Source of the DNA: Octopus vulgaris
Lineage: Eukaryota
Assembly: GCA_951406725.2 (NCBI GenBank)
Contig: OX597815.1
Span: 27,466,001 to 27,530,000 of the forward strand
Reading direction: 5' to 3'
DNA: 64,000 nt
This document shows positions 38,670 through 52,394 of the stretch, piece after piece. The translations under genes and the position numbers were made by a program. Numbering within the stretch: the stretch's first letter is position 1; each line of letters begins with the position of its first letter. The notes under the pieces are model-generated. The model had not been told where the DNA came from. It saw only the letters and a program-made list of their open reading frames with translations, and did not search any database.

Positions 38670-39180
38670 GCTTTTATCTTTTACTTGTTTCAGTCATTGG
38701 ACTGTGGCCACGCTAGGGCACTGCTTTCAAGGGTTTAGTCAAACAAATTGCCCCCTGGTACTTATTTTTTAAGCCTAGTATTTATTCTATTGTTGCTGTT
38801 GCTGTACCACTCAGTCACAAGGATGTAAACAAACCAACATTGGCTGTCAAGTGGATAGGAATGAACACACACACACAGTCACTTCATATTTAAAGCTCTG
38901 ATGAGGTGTTACTCGGGCACTCAACTATGAGTCCACTGCATTTAATAGTGGAAACAGCAGTAAGCTAATGAAGTTCATAAGATAATTTTTTATTCCTTTG
39001 CCTTCTTATTTTCTTACACACACACACACAGAGTTTGTACCAAATTTATTCACAAAACATTTGTTGGCCTGGGAGTGTTGTAGAAGACACTTGCCCAAAG
39101 TTCTCCTCAGTGGAATTGAATCTGAAACCACCTGGATGCAAAATGAGCTTCTTGACCACACCACCATATTTGTATCTACA
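38670..39180 (-). mobile_element. Old SINE A with a hammerhead-bearing insert in its (CA)n tract
   Basis: SINE A halves flank 38879-39016. Confidence 0.8.
38881..38974 (+). ncRNA. Type I hammerhead-like motif with extended stems I and II
   Basis: acttcat..agct-ctgatga-(46 nt)-gaaa-cagcag-ta-agct-a-atgaagt; base of stem II is degenerate. Confidence 0.65.
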
Positions 39181-39256
39181 TAGTTTATTTTATTTTTTTT
39201 TTATTTTGTTAATTTATTTTCAGTTTAGTCATGAAGCCCCCTGAACCTAGTGAGAA

Positions 39257-39737
39257 TCATCATCATCATCATCGTTTAACGTCCGCTTTCCATGCTAGCA
39301 TGGGGTGGACGGTTCGACCAGGGTCTGGGAAGCCAGGAGGCTGCACCAGACCCAGTCTGATCTGGCAGTGTTTCTACAGCTGGATGCCCTTCCTAATGCC
39401 AACCACTCCATGAGTGTAGTGGGTGATTTTTATGTGCCACCGACAACGGCCACAATTGGTTGGTACCTTTTACATGCCACCGGCACGGAGGCCAGTCGAG
39501 GCAGCGCTGGCAATGGCCACGTTCGGATGGTTCTTTTACGTGCCACCAGCACTGGTATCACAACTACAATTTCCATTGATTTATGATCGATTTCGATTTC
39601 ACTTGCCTCAACAGATCTTTGCAAGCAGAGTTTTGTGTCCCAAGAAGGAAAGGTATGCATAAGTGGACTGGCTACATCCCAGGTAAAGGCCACAGGTTAT
39701 AGTCTCACTTGTCCTGCCGGGTCTTCTCACACACAGA
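39257..39737 (-). mobile_element. RTE 3' end (ORF end plus complete family-B UTR)
   Basis: VCEKTRQDK* followed by UTR and (gat)n tail. Confidence 0.88.
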
Positions 39738-41719
39738 TGTGGTTAATGTTTGGCTTGTGCAATTGCAAGTTTATGACTGCAGGATGAGAATTATAGTGGG
39801 CCAGTTTTTTGTGGAGCAAGGATGGGACATAATGGTTAGTGCTGAAAGTGAGGTGAGAGGGTGGTGGGGAGAACACAATCTGAATGGTGAAAGAGAACTG
39901 AATTGGAAGTGCTTGAGTGGTGTTTGCATGATACCAGCCAGTTCTGCAAACCCAAGACCTCTGTAATAATGATGCAAAAGGCAGAGAAAGGAGACAGCAT
40001 TTCTGAGTGTTAAAGAGTGTTGGCTAGCAGTTTCACATTGATCAGCTGGATCATTTTTGAATGTGATCTAGTAATGAATCTTGGGCAATTGGAACGTACA
40101 CACATTTACTGGATTTACTTTTATGTCTCTAGTTAGCAAAATTGATACAGCATGGCCTGAGGGCTACATACCATTTTTACTTGTAATTATCAATACATGG
40201 CAGGTGTAGAAACAATAAGTTGCTTCTAAACTTGAATGCAGCTAACTCTCTGCTCAACAAAATAACCAAAGTGAAAACCAGTATGTGGTTAAAAATAGCA
40301 AGCATATCCCTTTCAGATTTCTCCACATTGCCTAACAAAAAGGTGATAGCAGTTATTAGTGGTATTAATAACCACTAAAGGCTAGTTTATCAAGTAGTAT
40401 TATATAGGAGGTAAAACAGAGCTTGTAAGAGTAAAGTTTAATTTGACAGTGTTAGTTAAATTAAAATGATAATTATGAAATTATGGTGATTTCAAAATTT
40501 GAAGGTTGCAATGAGAGCAATTCTTAATCAGATAAACAAATTTTTGCCTTAATAACAAACCTTTTTGCATCAAAATGTCTATATGATTGCTTGTCCTGCT
40601 AGGAAATTTAAGCAGATCTTCTTTAAATCACATGTTACTCCCTTAAAAAAGGAAGGACACATCAGAAATGTATTCTTAAATATACTGTCTGGAAAATAAG
40701 TAAATAGAATGCAGAATATTAGTAGTTGTAGCATCTTTGATCATAGGTGTACTCAATCAGGGTCGACCTGGAGCTAAACAACAACTACACTGGCAATGAT
40801 TCTTTCATCTTGTTGGAAATAATTGTCATATTCTCTTATATTATAAAATAAGGTTATTTACAATAAATTTATTTTGCATTTCTTACCATTTCTGGTACAA
40901 CAAACTGTTGTATTTAATTAATTTTATATTTTATGTTAAGGAACATAGTTTCTGTTGAACAAAATAATCTTTTCCTGCATTAGGTAGAAATGTCTTTGTT
41001 CTGTTAAGAAACTGAAACTCTTAGACGTTTTCTTTTATCTGAAGCAGTTTTATATACATATAATTGTTCTGAAGTTTGCTTTCAGGCTTGGAATGATTTT
41101 ATTTGAAACTGGTTACATATATTGTTAAAGATATTTTATAACCTTGTTTCTTGAACTTTTTCCTTCATGACCAGGATTTCTTGGATATTTACCAAATGAT
41201 TTTTTTTTAGATTTACAAAAAATTCTTAGATTTTTACAAAATTAAATAAAAGAAAAATTCATAAGTAACATTAGATTATAGAAAAAGTTGGTGTTTTTGT
41301 CTTCATTGCTATACAATTTATTTCCTCTTTTCTTCCAAAAAGTTTTCAGACAGTTGCCATTCTATACATGTTTTTAAAAGATTCATAGAAGTAACTTGGT
41401 ACTTCCATACTCTGCCACGAACAAGGTTTTTTTTTTTTTTTTTTTACCTCCATATTGTTTACCAAAGATAAACCTTTCTGCAAGGTTGCAGTTAAAGAAT
41501 GATGAAATGAAAGATCATTAGTATCAAGCTAAATGTAAAACAAAGATTATCTCTACATTTATCTTGAGAAATGTCCCAATGTCTCTCTAATTCTGAAACT
41601 TGAAAAGTTAATTATCATCATATACTGTTTATGTAGCTTCATAAGCCTGAATTTTGAATCTTTTGGCATGAAACTAAATTTAGTAAAATTGTAGTTATGT
41701 AGTTATGGCAGATACTAAA

Positions 41720-41965
41720 AAAATAAATGCGCCCTTTTAAAGCCTAGCCAGGCTCATGGGCCCGGTTTCTATGGCATATGTGTTCCCCAGATGGATAGGA
41801 CGCCAGTCCATTGCAGCATTACTCATTTTTGCCAGCTGAGTGGACTGGAGCAATGTGAAATGAAGTGTTTTGCTCAAGAACACAATGTGTCGCCCGGTCC
41901 AGGAATCGAAACCACAATCTTACGATCATGATGCAGACACCCTAACCACTAAGCCACACACCTTC
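41720..41965 (-). mobile_element. tRNA-derived SINE family D
   Basis: gtggcttagtggttagg (A box), ggtttcgattcc (B box), gtgttcttgagcaaaacactt, ctgcaatggactggcgtcc (resembles a V-SINE-type motif). Confidence 0.82.
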
Positions 41966-41974
41966 ACTATGGCA

Positions 41975-42177
41975 GATACTGGTGTCACACAATTGGTGTG
42001 TAAAAGCACTCATTACACTCAGAGTGATTGGCTTTAGGAAGGGCATCAAGCTGTAGAAACTATGCCAAATCAGACTGGAGTCTGGTGCAGTCCCTCAGCT
42101 TACCAGCTGCTGTCAAATCGTCCAACCCATGCCAGCATGGATGACAGATATTAAATGATGATGATGATGATGATGAT
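41975..42177 (+). mobile_element. RTE 3' UTR (family B)
   Basis: Core motif and (gat)n tail. Confidence 0.85.
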
Positions 42178-42784
42178 ATATAATAGACTAAAAGTTAGAC
42201 ATGCAAAATATATTTTTCCAGTTTTAAGAAACTCTCATGAGAACTGAACAACAGAAGGTCTTCAGAAAAGAAACCCCACTCTCAGGCTAGTGTTTGGCCT
42301 ATAGCTTCTTACACTCTAAGGGGCCAGACTACATCCAGGTCATGACACCTGGGTGCCCTTCTGCTGACACATTTTAGCCATTTGGATATTGAAGACTTGT
42401 GTATTTAAACCACTAGTTGTAACTCCTCTTCATTAACTCAGCTTCCAAACTTAAATGAGAACTAGCATTAGTTGTCATGGTAGCAGTGAAGTATCAATGC
42501 TACTACAATGACTCACTCAGAGTCATCGTAGTAGACTCAATAGGTCTCCTCAAACACAGCAGGTCATGTGCCACCGGCACAGAAACCAGTCAAGGTGGTG
42601 CTGGCATCGGCCACGTTCGGATGGTGCTTTTTACATGCTTCTTACTCAATATGGGTAGAGTTCTTTAGTTTCTTTCAGAAGTGGAAAGAAATACAAAATT
42701 GAAGGTTCTCGAAGTTTAGTGTATCTGATTAACAAACAAATTAACAAATGCTTCCCTTTGCGTTAAAGTACAAAAACATTACTT

Positions 42785-43835
42785 TCAAATAGTTTTGAGG
42801 TCATTTTTGTTCCTCCTCAACCAGATGGAGTTGTCTGCTGTCTCTGACATTGTCCTTAGGGTTTTGGTCCTGTTCTTCCCAGAGACTAGGAGTTGTTTCA
42901 TTAGATCATTAGCAGATTTGCCCACAAAACTTCTGGCTCTAGCCTCTATGGCAAGACCTTTGACCTGGAAGTTGACTTCGCTCAGGCTGTTGCTCAGACT
43001 AACATATTTTTCAGTGTTGGACATATGTGCTTCTTCTATTCCATTTTCAAATAGCTCGGTGAGGACAACGAAAATCAGTTACTCTTTTACTCTATTACTT
43101 GTTTCAGTCATTTGACTGCGGTCATGCTGGAGCACCGCCTTTAGTCGAGTAATTCGACCCCAGGACTTATTCTTTGTAAGCCTAGTACTTATTCTATCGG
43201 TCACTTTTACCGAACCGCTAATTTACGGAGACGTAAATACACCAGCATCGGTTGTCAAGCGATGTTGGGGGGATGAACACAGACACAAACATACCCACAC
43301 ACATATATATACATATATACGACGGGCTTCTTTCAGTTTCCGTCTACCAAATCCACTCACAAGGCTTTGGTCAACCCGAGGCTATAGTAGAAGACACTTG
43401 CCCAAGGTGTGAAGCAGTGGGACTGAACCCAGAACCATGTGGTTGGTAAACAAGCTACTTACCACACAGCCACTCCTGCACCTAAAAAGGGAATGGAGTA
43501 TGATATCCAGCCTCAAGCCACTCTTCTTCATGATTTCTGGTTGTTTTGTTGTTCCTGGGAGGCCTGCTGTGCACACCCAGTCATTCACACCACCCAGAAG
43601 GCTCCACTCCTGTGCCCCTTCTGGGATAGATGTTCCTGGCCATAATTCACTGCCTCCTGTTGTGTAGAATGTTGGAGATTCTGGTGTTATGATTTTACTT
43701 TAGCTGTATTTATAACGTGTAGTCTCCTTAAGCACTTGATTGTGCCTCCATGTGTATCTTCCTTGGGCTAGTGCTATTCTGCAGCACTTATTCCATTGTC
43801 AGTCTATCCCAGCAGTGTAGGCACTCAGGATTATC
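42785..43835 (-). mobile_element. HERO-like RLE C-terminal fragment split by SINE A
   Basis: NDWVCTAGLPG...SGLRLDIILHS | LIFVVLTELFENGIEEAH...KY..L...AIEARARSFVGKS...SETA..SIWLRR. Confidence 0.78.
43080..43482 (-). mobile_element. SINE A (young)
   Basis: Near-consensus match. Confidence 0.92.
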
Positions 43836-44869
43836 TGATTTGATGATGATGGTACTTATTTTATTGACCCCAGAAGGATGAAAGGCAAAGTCAACCTCAG
43901 CAGAATTTGAACTCAGAACATAAAGACAGATGAAATGTTGCTAAGCGTTTTGCCTGGCATGCTATCAATTCTTCCAGCTCACCGCCTTAATATGAATAAA
44001 TAATTTTAATGAGTTACTCAGGACATGCATTGAATGCACATTTATATATTGAGTGGTACATACAAGCCTTGTACTAAGAAATATTGTACTTTTTGCTTCA
44101 GAAGACATTGAACTTCACTTTTGACTCTCACTATTTCACTTGTCCATCCTATCATGTCTTTAAATGAAATACTATGTTTTCCAAACAAGAAATTTACCAT
44201 AGAAATTGTAAATACCTTGGGCAGTACAGTAATTGATTTTCAAAGCAGTTTTAAAATCTTGTCAGCTGTTTTTTTTGTTTTTTTTTTAATATGGCTATCA
44301 CAAAACTCTACATTTTAAAACAAGCTACTTTTTTTTTGTCGATACATCAGTTCTTTTATCAATAATTAATTAATGTTAATTTGATACCCTTAAATTACAT
44401 TGTAGGAATTGTCCAGTATTCTTCACCAATGAAATTATGAAAAGTTACTGTTCTTGCACATTTAATTCCCCTAGTAATCTAATATAATAAATGAGAAAAC
44501 TAATTTCTGTGTGTCAATATGTCACACTTAGACCCCCCTCTCTCACTATTCAATGACATGCTTACCATTTCTCATGATGGGGTGAGAGTAATAGTAGGCA
44601 TAGAGATGGTGAGGGTGGTGGCGAAGATAGACAGAGAGAGAGAGAGAGAGAAAGAGAGGCAAAGAAATTTAGGGAGAGGTGATAATGTTTTATTAAAAGC
44701 AGTAGTGTTGATGGTGGCAGTGAGAGTAATAATAAAAAAGAGAGAAAGAGTGGGTATGTGAGAAAAAGAGGGAGATGATGTACAACTTTGTTTAACCATG
44801 TCCCTTTGACGGAAATTCCTGTTGCCAACATACTGAACACTATCATTTTTGTTTTATTTTTTTGCTTTC

Positions 44870-44909
<40 letters not shown>

Positions 44910-44911
<2 letters not shown>

Positions 44912-44994
44912 CGGGAAGCTTTATGAAAATAGACAAAAGACGAAGGCAGGTGGAAAACAAACGAACAATTGTATTAGTATGGCGCTCAGGAAAT
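44910..44994 (-). mobile_element. 3' fragment of the hammerhead-bearing TA-element family
   Basis: Reverse complement ttcctgagcgccatactaataca...ccacctgccttcgtcttttg...ttccc+(ta)n matches 21584-21663. Confidence 0.8.
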
Positions 44995-45134
44995 ATATTC
45001 ATACATACACACACACAAACACACATACATATATATAAAATACACTTTAATTGAAATAAAGTTTCCCCAAAATTAAACATATCTAATATAATTAATGTGA
45101 ATGCCAGTGTGTCACACTTTCACAGCGTTAATAA

Positions 45135-45593
45135 ATCCTTTCTACTGGAGGTATAAGGCCTTAAATTTTGACGAAAGGGATTAAGTTGATTACATCAACC
45201 CCAGTACATAACAGGTACTAATTTTATCGACCCCGAAAGGATGAAAGGCAAAGTCAACCTCGGCAGAATTCAAACTCAAAATCTAATGGCAGACAAAATA
45301 CTGCTAAGCATTTCACCTGGTGTGCTAACGATTCTGCCAGCTCACCGCCTTAATATGATATATATTTCTTTATTGCCCACAGGGGCTAAACAATGAGGGG
45401 ACAAACAAGGACAGACAAAGAGATTAAGTCAATTACATCGACTCCAGTATGAAACTGGTACTTTATTTATCGACCCCGAAAGGATGAAAGGCAAAGTCAA
45501 CCTCGGCGGAATTTGAACTCAGAATGTAACAACAGACGAAATACCGCTAAGTATTTTGCCCAGCGCGCTAACGAGTCTGCCAGCTCACCGCCT
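45135..45593 (-). mobile_element. Two adjacent SINE C copies
   Basis: Two heads (gccagctcaccgcc) and two cores. Confidence 0.88.
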
Positions 45594-45954
45594 TGATATA
45601 ATATAATAAATGTGAATGTCAGTGTATCACACTTTTTCAACTTTACTCCTAGAGGCCATAGCCCAACATATCATACCATTTCGGAATCTGGCTGACTCCA
45701 TGAGTAAAGTAAAAATATTCTGGGCCGAATTTGAACCCACAATTCTGAAATTTTGGATCCCCAAGTTTTCATTACTGTGATTGCTTTCAGTGATTTTTTA
45801 CGTGACTTTTTGCAACAAATTTTTTGTTTGATAACAATTTTTATAATCTAAAGGCTAGCTCCATGAGTAAATTAAGAACATTCCAGGCCAAATCTGGACC
45901 TGCAATCCTGAAATTTTGGATTCCTGCGATTATTTATGGTGATTTTTTTAAAAT

Positions 45955-46197
45955 CAGTGCATTGAAATATTTGTGGAAAATGTGTCTTTTGAGGATAAAT
46001 GAACTCTGGCTATGAAGAAATAATATTTGTAAATATTATTTAAATATTTGATTGAACCATGTATTCATCCCTGTTCTAAATTACTGTTTCAAAGATAATC
46101 TTGAAGGTTTTTGTTCTTCTGGTAACTAATTTCTTATTATTCCTATTAATCTGATGTTCTCTCTGGTGATTGAATCTAGTGCAGCTGTTTATAAAAT
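45955..46197. repeat. ~243-bp segment directly duplicated at 53986-54228
   Basis: High identity with a handful of substitutions. Confidence 0.92.
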
Positions 46198-46242
46198 TGT
46201 TTATGGTGTTTTTTTTTTTACAGGATTTTTTGCGATGAATAT

Positions 46243-46323
46243 GATTATCATTGGAATATGACTCTTGAGGAAGCAATTCCAACAAATTCTCCAAAACAAG
46301 TCAGAGATCTGTTTGCGGATCTT
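46243..46323 (+). pseudogene. Helitron RepHel remnant
   Basis: DYHWNMTLEEAIPTNSPKQVRDLFADL resembles the D..W...L.EA.....P.Q.R.LFA motif between the Rep and PIF1 domains. Confidence 0.6.
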
Positions 46324-47088
46324 CCCATTCAGAGTCATTTGCTTAAAAGCTACGTACTAGCTTAAAAGCTGCCCGATAAAGTGGCTTTTAAGCTAGTTTT
46401 AGAATAGATGCTTATATTATATAAAAATGACTGGATTGTGCTCTGCTACAAATGCACACATTTTAAGTTCAGTTGAATCTGCATAAAACATGCTCTATTG
46501 AAAAAGTAGAAGGCCATAAGAAATCAGTTAATTTAGCTGTCCAGGTACTCGCTTTAATATTTTCTGAATGTTTTCTCATTGTCAACTTGTTTCTTATATA
46601 CGATAGCACTCCCAGATAAGTCGCAGAAAATGTCCAGGTTTATCAAACTTTGACCAAAAACAACTAAACTTATGATCATCAAACCATTTGAGAATATGAA
46701 TATCTTTAATGAAAAGAATGTACTTGTTTCTTTTGACATAGTACATCAACCTATAGCTTTATATTTATTAGTGATGTTCTTAACTCTATCATGCCATGTT
46801 CCCTGTGTAGTAGTAATAGCATAAATGTAATTTGTACCAGTTTCTGGTCTAAGTGGTAATGTGTAACATACATAGAGAAAAAGATAAAATACTAAAATTA
46901 GACAACCGATAAAGTTGCAACTTTGTAGTCTAATGTGCATATGACTTGTTGTTAATGATGTCCCTCCATAGTCATTGTTTACTTGTCTTTTTAATAAAAG
47001 AAAATACAGATTTTTGTGATGAAATGAACATGTGATAAACCCAACACATTGTCTTGTAAACAAACAAGGCCTAGACTCATTATAGTTG

Positions 47089-47389
47089 TTTGTTCCTTCT
47101 CAAGCCATGCCTGGCTCATAAGGGCTGGTTTCCTGGTTTCCTTGGCATATAGGTTCCCCACCTGGACGGGACGCCGGTCTGTCGCAGGTGAGCTGCAAGA
47201 TGCAGGAGGAAAGAGTGAAAGAAAGTTGTGGCAAAAGAGTCAGCAGAAGTTCACCATTACTTTCTGCCAGAGCCACATGGAGCTTAAGTGTTTCGCTCAT
47301 AAACACACACATCGCCCAGTCTGAGATTCAAACCTGCAATCTCTCGACCGCAAGTCTGCTGCTCTAACCACTAGGCCATGTGCCTCCAC
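47089..47389 (-). mobile_element. tRNA-derived SINE (D-related) with probable 13-bp TSD
   Basis: gtggaggcacatggcctagtggttagag head, ggtttgaatctc B box; flanks ctcattatagttg / ctctttacagttg. Confidence 0.8.
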
Positions 47390-47644
47390 TCTTTACAGTT
47401 GAGGAAATTATTGATGATATTTATTCTTCAGATGAAGAGTTTATCCTTATGCAGACAATGAGAGTGATTCAGACACTAAAACTGGTGAAAGTGATGAGGA
47501 AAGTAGCAATTCAGGTGAACATTAGTTGAGTGATAGGCCTATTAGTGTTAATCTCCTGATTTTTTTGTGATTCAGTTCCTTAGTTTGCTTGCAATTGTTT
47601 ACTCTTGAGCTGTATATGCAACTATTTACTTTTTTACTCAGGAT

Positions 47645-47980
47645 CTGCATTGCTTGAAGAGACCTATTGAGTCAAGTATATCAACATCAAAATAAATATC
47701 AAATGGAAATTGTAGTTGTGATACCTGTGCCGGTGGCACGTAAAAAGCACCATCCGAACGTGGCCAATGCCAATGCCGCCTTGACTGGCTTCTGTGCCGG
47801 TGGCACGTAAAAATCACCTAGTACACTCACGGAGTGGTTGGCATTAGGAAGGGCATCCAGCTGTAGAAACACTGCCAGATCAGACTGGAGCCCGGTGCAG
47901 CCTCCTGGCTTCCCAAACCCCAGTAAAACTGTCTAACCTGTGCTAGCACGGAAAACGGATGTTAAACGATGATGATGATT
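47645..47980 (+). mobile_element. RTE 3' UTR (family B)
   Basis: Full core and (gat)n tail. Confidence 0.88.
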
Positions 47981-49384
47981 ATGAGGAGAAGCCCAGCTGG
48001 AGGGTAAGGTTAGACACAGGGGCCCAGGTCTGAAAGAGTTAAGGGAATTTCTACTTATATTATTCTGTGGTAAGTTATTTTTATTGTTGTTAAAATTTAA
48101 AAATGTAGATTCACATAAATATATGGAAGAAAATGTTAGAAGAACTATCATAGCTAATTCAGATAAAATTAGAAAATCTAATTTCACATTTCAGCTACAA
48201 AATGCTGAATTTTATTTTTTGAAATTTCAAGTTTGAGATTTCAAGTGCATAAACAGCTCTCCAAATTCTTCTTGAGTCTTCAAAGAAACCTGTTTCCCAT
48301 CACATTTTCCATTGCTACATTGAACATGATTTGGATCCAATCTAATTTACATTGTAAATTACAATTGTCTATGTTTTGCAGAATATATTTGTAAAACTGG
48401 TTTTCTTTTTCTTACACGCTGAATACTTGATTACAATCTGCTTAATCAAATTAAAAGTTATTTTCACCAACATAATCATTAGTATTTCAAAGTTATCATT
48501 TTGTACTACGTGTTTCTGAAAGTTTGTATTTTTTATTTAGTCTTTAATTTAATTTTTTTTTATGAATGTTCAATTCTAACTTTCACAGTGAAAATGTTTA
48601 TTTTTCTTGTTTACCCCTACCCCCTGCAGAGATGTATTAAGTTTCTCAAATACGTCTAACAAATACTATAATTTGCAAAACCTATTTTTATCATGAAAGA
48701 ATTATGCAACATTTGAGTTCTTTTCTGATAAAAAAATAAGTTTATTTCTTTTCCCAAATCCTTTTAATGCTCATCCTTTCAACAGTCATTTCACTGTTAT
48801 ATGCAGTAAAAATTTGTTGAATTCAGATCCCATATCCTGGCATAGATTTACAAGTAGACAGCTGATCAATGTGTAATGCTTAATGAATTTTATAATTTCA
48901 AATGCGTCTCCTATTAAATTTTTTTAGTTACTAATGTCTCTTGATGAATCATGCAGTATCAATGAATATAGTTGGTGCATATTTTTTCATTAACTTTATA
49001 TTGAAGTCATTTTTTTCCCCCCTGTCACTGCTACTCCACCATTAGTACATACATCAACATAGTCATTCCATCCCAGACCTACTTCTTTAACAAAAAAAGG
49101 GTCAACTTTGGGGTAAACATCTTCAACTGTTGCATGCTCATTTAATTATTTAAACAGTAAGCACCCAGTTTTAATATGAATATCTGACAAATGTCAATAG
49201 TTGAACTCCATTTACAATGTTAATTGATTAATTTAACTGAATTTCAAATTTAGTATTTTCTTCAGTTATTTCAATATGTTGCACGAATTGGTTACTGCTA
49301 GTCTCTGCATACCATTTCTTTTGACAGTGAAATTCTTGTTTTGTCTGCAAATGGTTTTTAAACTTTCATTATCAATTATGAGGA

Positions 49385-49598
49385 AGGCAGTAAACTGGCA
49401 GAATCATTAGCAAGCTGATTAAAATGCTTAGTAGCATTTCATCTGTCTTTATGTTCTGAGTTCAAATTCTGCCAAGGTCGACCTTACCTTTCATCCTCTT
49501 GGGGTTGATAAAATAAGTACCAGTTATGTACTGGTGTTGATGTAATTGACTTACCTCCTCCCTTGAACTTACTGGCCTTATGCCAAAATTTGAAACCA
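49385..49598 (+). mobile_element. SINE C (further decayed copies ~9935-10145, 11340-11497, 43850-43988, 50433-50615)
   Basis: Head, gagttcaaattc B box and core. Confidence 0.82.
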
Positions 49599-51566
49599 TT
49601 ATAAATTATGAGGATTCATGTGATGTTTTAAAGTAGTTTCCATCAACCAGTTTCATTTCCAAAAAAAGAAAAATTGTTGGGAGTCCCAGCCTTTAGGGTC
49701 CAAAACAGAAGTTTCTCAAAACGGATAAGTTGTCATTGTTGCCACCATCATCATCATCATCTTCATTTTCTATGCTGAAATGTATTGGTGAGTTTGACAG
49801 GGGCCAACAAGCCAAACTCCAGTTTCTACTTTACCATGATTTCTATGGCTAGTTGCCCTTCCTAACACCAACCATTCCACAGTATACTGGGTACTTTTTA
49901 TGTAGTGCCAGCACTGGTGAAGTCACCAAGTAACTCTTAAGACAAGACACCAACCAAGAGGAGGTGGCTTTATGCCAGATGATGAGAGGTTAAAGTATGA
50001 TATGGAACAAAAGCAAATGTCTTACAGTAGAGGAGATACATGATTATCCCTGTTGAAAAAAGAGAGATGGTAATGAAGAGTGTTAGGGTATATTCTCAAA
50101 TTACAGGAAGGTGATTATAAAAGTGGTACAGAGGGTTGGACATAGTGAATGGGTAAGTTCACAAGAGTGTGAAAGAAGAGTGACAGTTGATTAGGGATTT
50201 GTTTAGGGGTGAGGGAACAGATTGGTTATGGTTGGAAAGGTGTAGTTGTGTTGAAATGTCTTGTGTTAGTACATGACTCATAGTTTTAACATTTGCAAAA
50301 ACTCAAATGAATTTGTCCGCTATTTACTTTGAAAATTTGTTTCAGATCATAAACTCTGAGATACCCAAATTGTTTTCAACTTTTAATGATTTCTGTTATA
50401 GAAAACATGTCTTTTAAATTAGCAGACTTCAGAAGGCGGCAAACTGGCAGAATTGTTACCACACTAACTTTATATGTTCTGAGTTCAAATACCACCAGGG
50501 GTGACTTTGCCTTCTATCCTTTCGGGATAAAATAGGTACTAGTTGAGCACTGGGGTTGATTTAATCAACTTATCCCCACCCCAAAATTGCTGGCTTTGTG
50601 CTAAAATGTGAAGTCAACTTATCAGACTTTCATTTGCTGAAGATTCATTGCAAATTCAGCAGATTGGGTTGTGTAAAAGTCTAAAAGTAACAGTAAATCC
50701 ATATTATGGAAAAAAATTTTGTTGTACTTTTATTTTCTGTGAGTCAGTTCAACGCTTTTACACTTTCATTCATTGATTTATGTTATGGCACCAACATTCT
50801 GCAGAAACTGTTACCTCAGTATTGTGGGGTTTTTTTCTTTTTTGTATGTTTTCTTCTTTGCCAAATTTAATCATTTATCCATGGAGAGATATTTTCAGTT
50901 TTGTATAATAATAATAATATTTAAAAAATAACAAAAAAAAGGAACAATTTAAAACAAAAGTTTATGTAAGTTGGGTAAAGGAGTACTTATAAGTATTTAA
51001 ACTGTTTAATAAATTCAAAATTAAAACATTTAAAACTTTATATTTATTGAATTAATTTTATGTGATATAAAGTTTTACTCTTGAAAATGAAAAAATTGAA
51101 TTATTTGTTGATGTTATGAGCAAATTATGTTTTTCACAATTAAATTAAACTGTATTATATTATAGTCAACAAGTACCTACTTTTGGGTCATGGTTCACTG
51201 CTTATGAATACATTTCTTGATAGAAAATGGAAAATTCAGAATCATGATTGGAAACACTTATTGAATTAATATCATTCACAAAAGCACTTTCTTTTCACTG
51301 AAGTTTAAAGTAAAAAATTATGAATAACATGTTTTTCAAGAAACTTGATTATTAATATGGGTTTTCTAAGGCCTTAAATTTATCATCAATCATCATCATT
51401 ATTTAATGTCCATTTTCCATGCTAGCAATGGTTGGACAGTTTAAGAGAATCCAGAAAGCAGCAGGACTGTTGAGCTCCAATGCCAACTTTGGTCCAGTTT
51501 CTTTCGCTGGATGCCCTTTCTAATGCCAATCTTTTTACAGTGTTGACCAGGTGATTTTTTTTCATA

Positions 51567-51885
51567 CGGCTAAGTGGCCAGAGCATCTGGCTCACAATCA
51601 TGCAGTAGTGAGTTCAATTCCTGGAATGGGTTGTGTTTTGTTCTTGAGCAAGACACTTTATTTCATGTTGCTCCAGTTCACTCAGCTGTAGAAATGAATT
51701 GTGACATCACTAGTGCCAAGCTGTCACGGCCTTTGCTTTCCCGTGGATAACATCAGTGGCATGGAGAGGGGAGGCTGGTATGCATGAGCGACTGCTGGTT
51801 TTCCATAAACAATCTTGCCTGGATTTGTGCCTTGGAGGTTAACTTTCTAGGTGCAATCTCCATGGTTATTCATGACTGAAGTAGG
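51567..51885 (+). mobile_element. tRNA-derived SINE (D-like head, different tail) nested in a family-B copy
   Basis: ggctaagtgg..gagttcaattcc..gttcttgagcaagacacttta..ttgctccagttcactcagctg. Confidence 0.75.
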
Positions 51886-52394
51886 GAGGGTTCTTTCACC
51901 AGCACTATTGAGATCACCTTTTAACTCACAAGAGAAGAGAAAGAAAAGGCCTTCTCAATGAGTGAGATTGTATATTTAAGAAGAGAGGAGGAAGACGGCT
52001 TTATGCTAGGTGCTGAGAGACTAAAGTTTGATAGAGGGACAAGCACAGGTGTCTTGCTGTAGAGGAGATAGATGACGATCACTTTATATAATGTTGGTTA
52101 AGAAAAGCTGGAAAGAAGGTGGAGATGATGGTGACAAATTGTCAGAGTATCTCAAAATAAAAGGTGAGTATAAAGAGAATGCAGACAGTAAATTGGGAGG
52201 AAGGGGGAGATAATTTCATAAGAGTTTCAGAAGAGGATAACTGATAGTTATATCTTTTAAAACTTTGCATCATGCTTGGTGCCCCTTGCAATGCAGCATT
52301 GCAATACAGTATACTATTTAAGAACCACTGTCTTAGACTGTTGATATATGACTGAATGAAAGACACAATGTGGCACTATTGACTAAAGGTTTTA

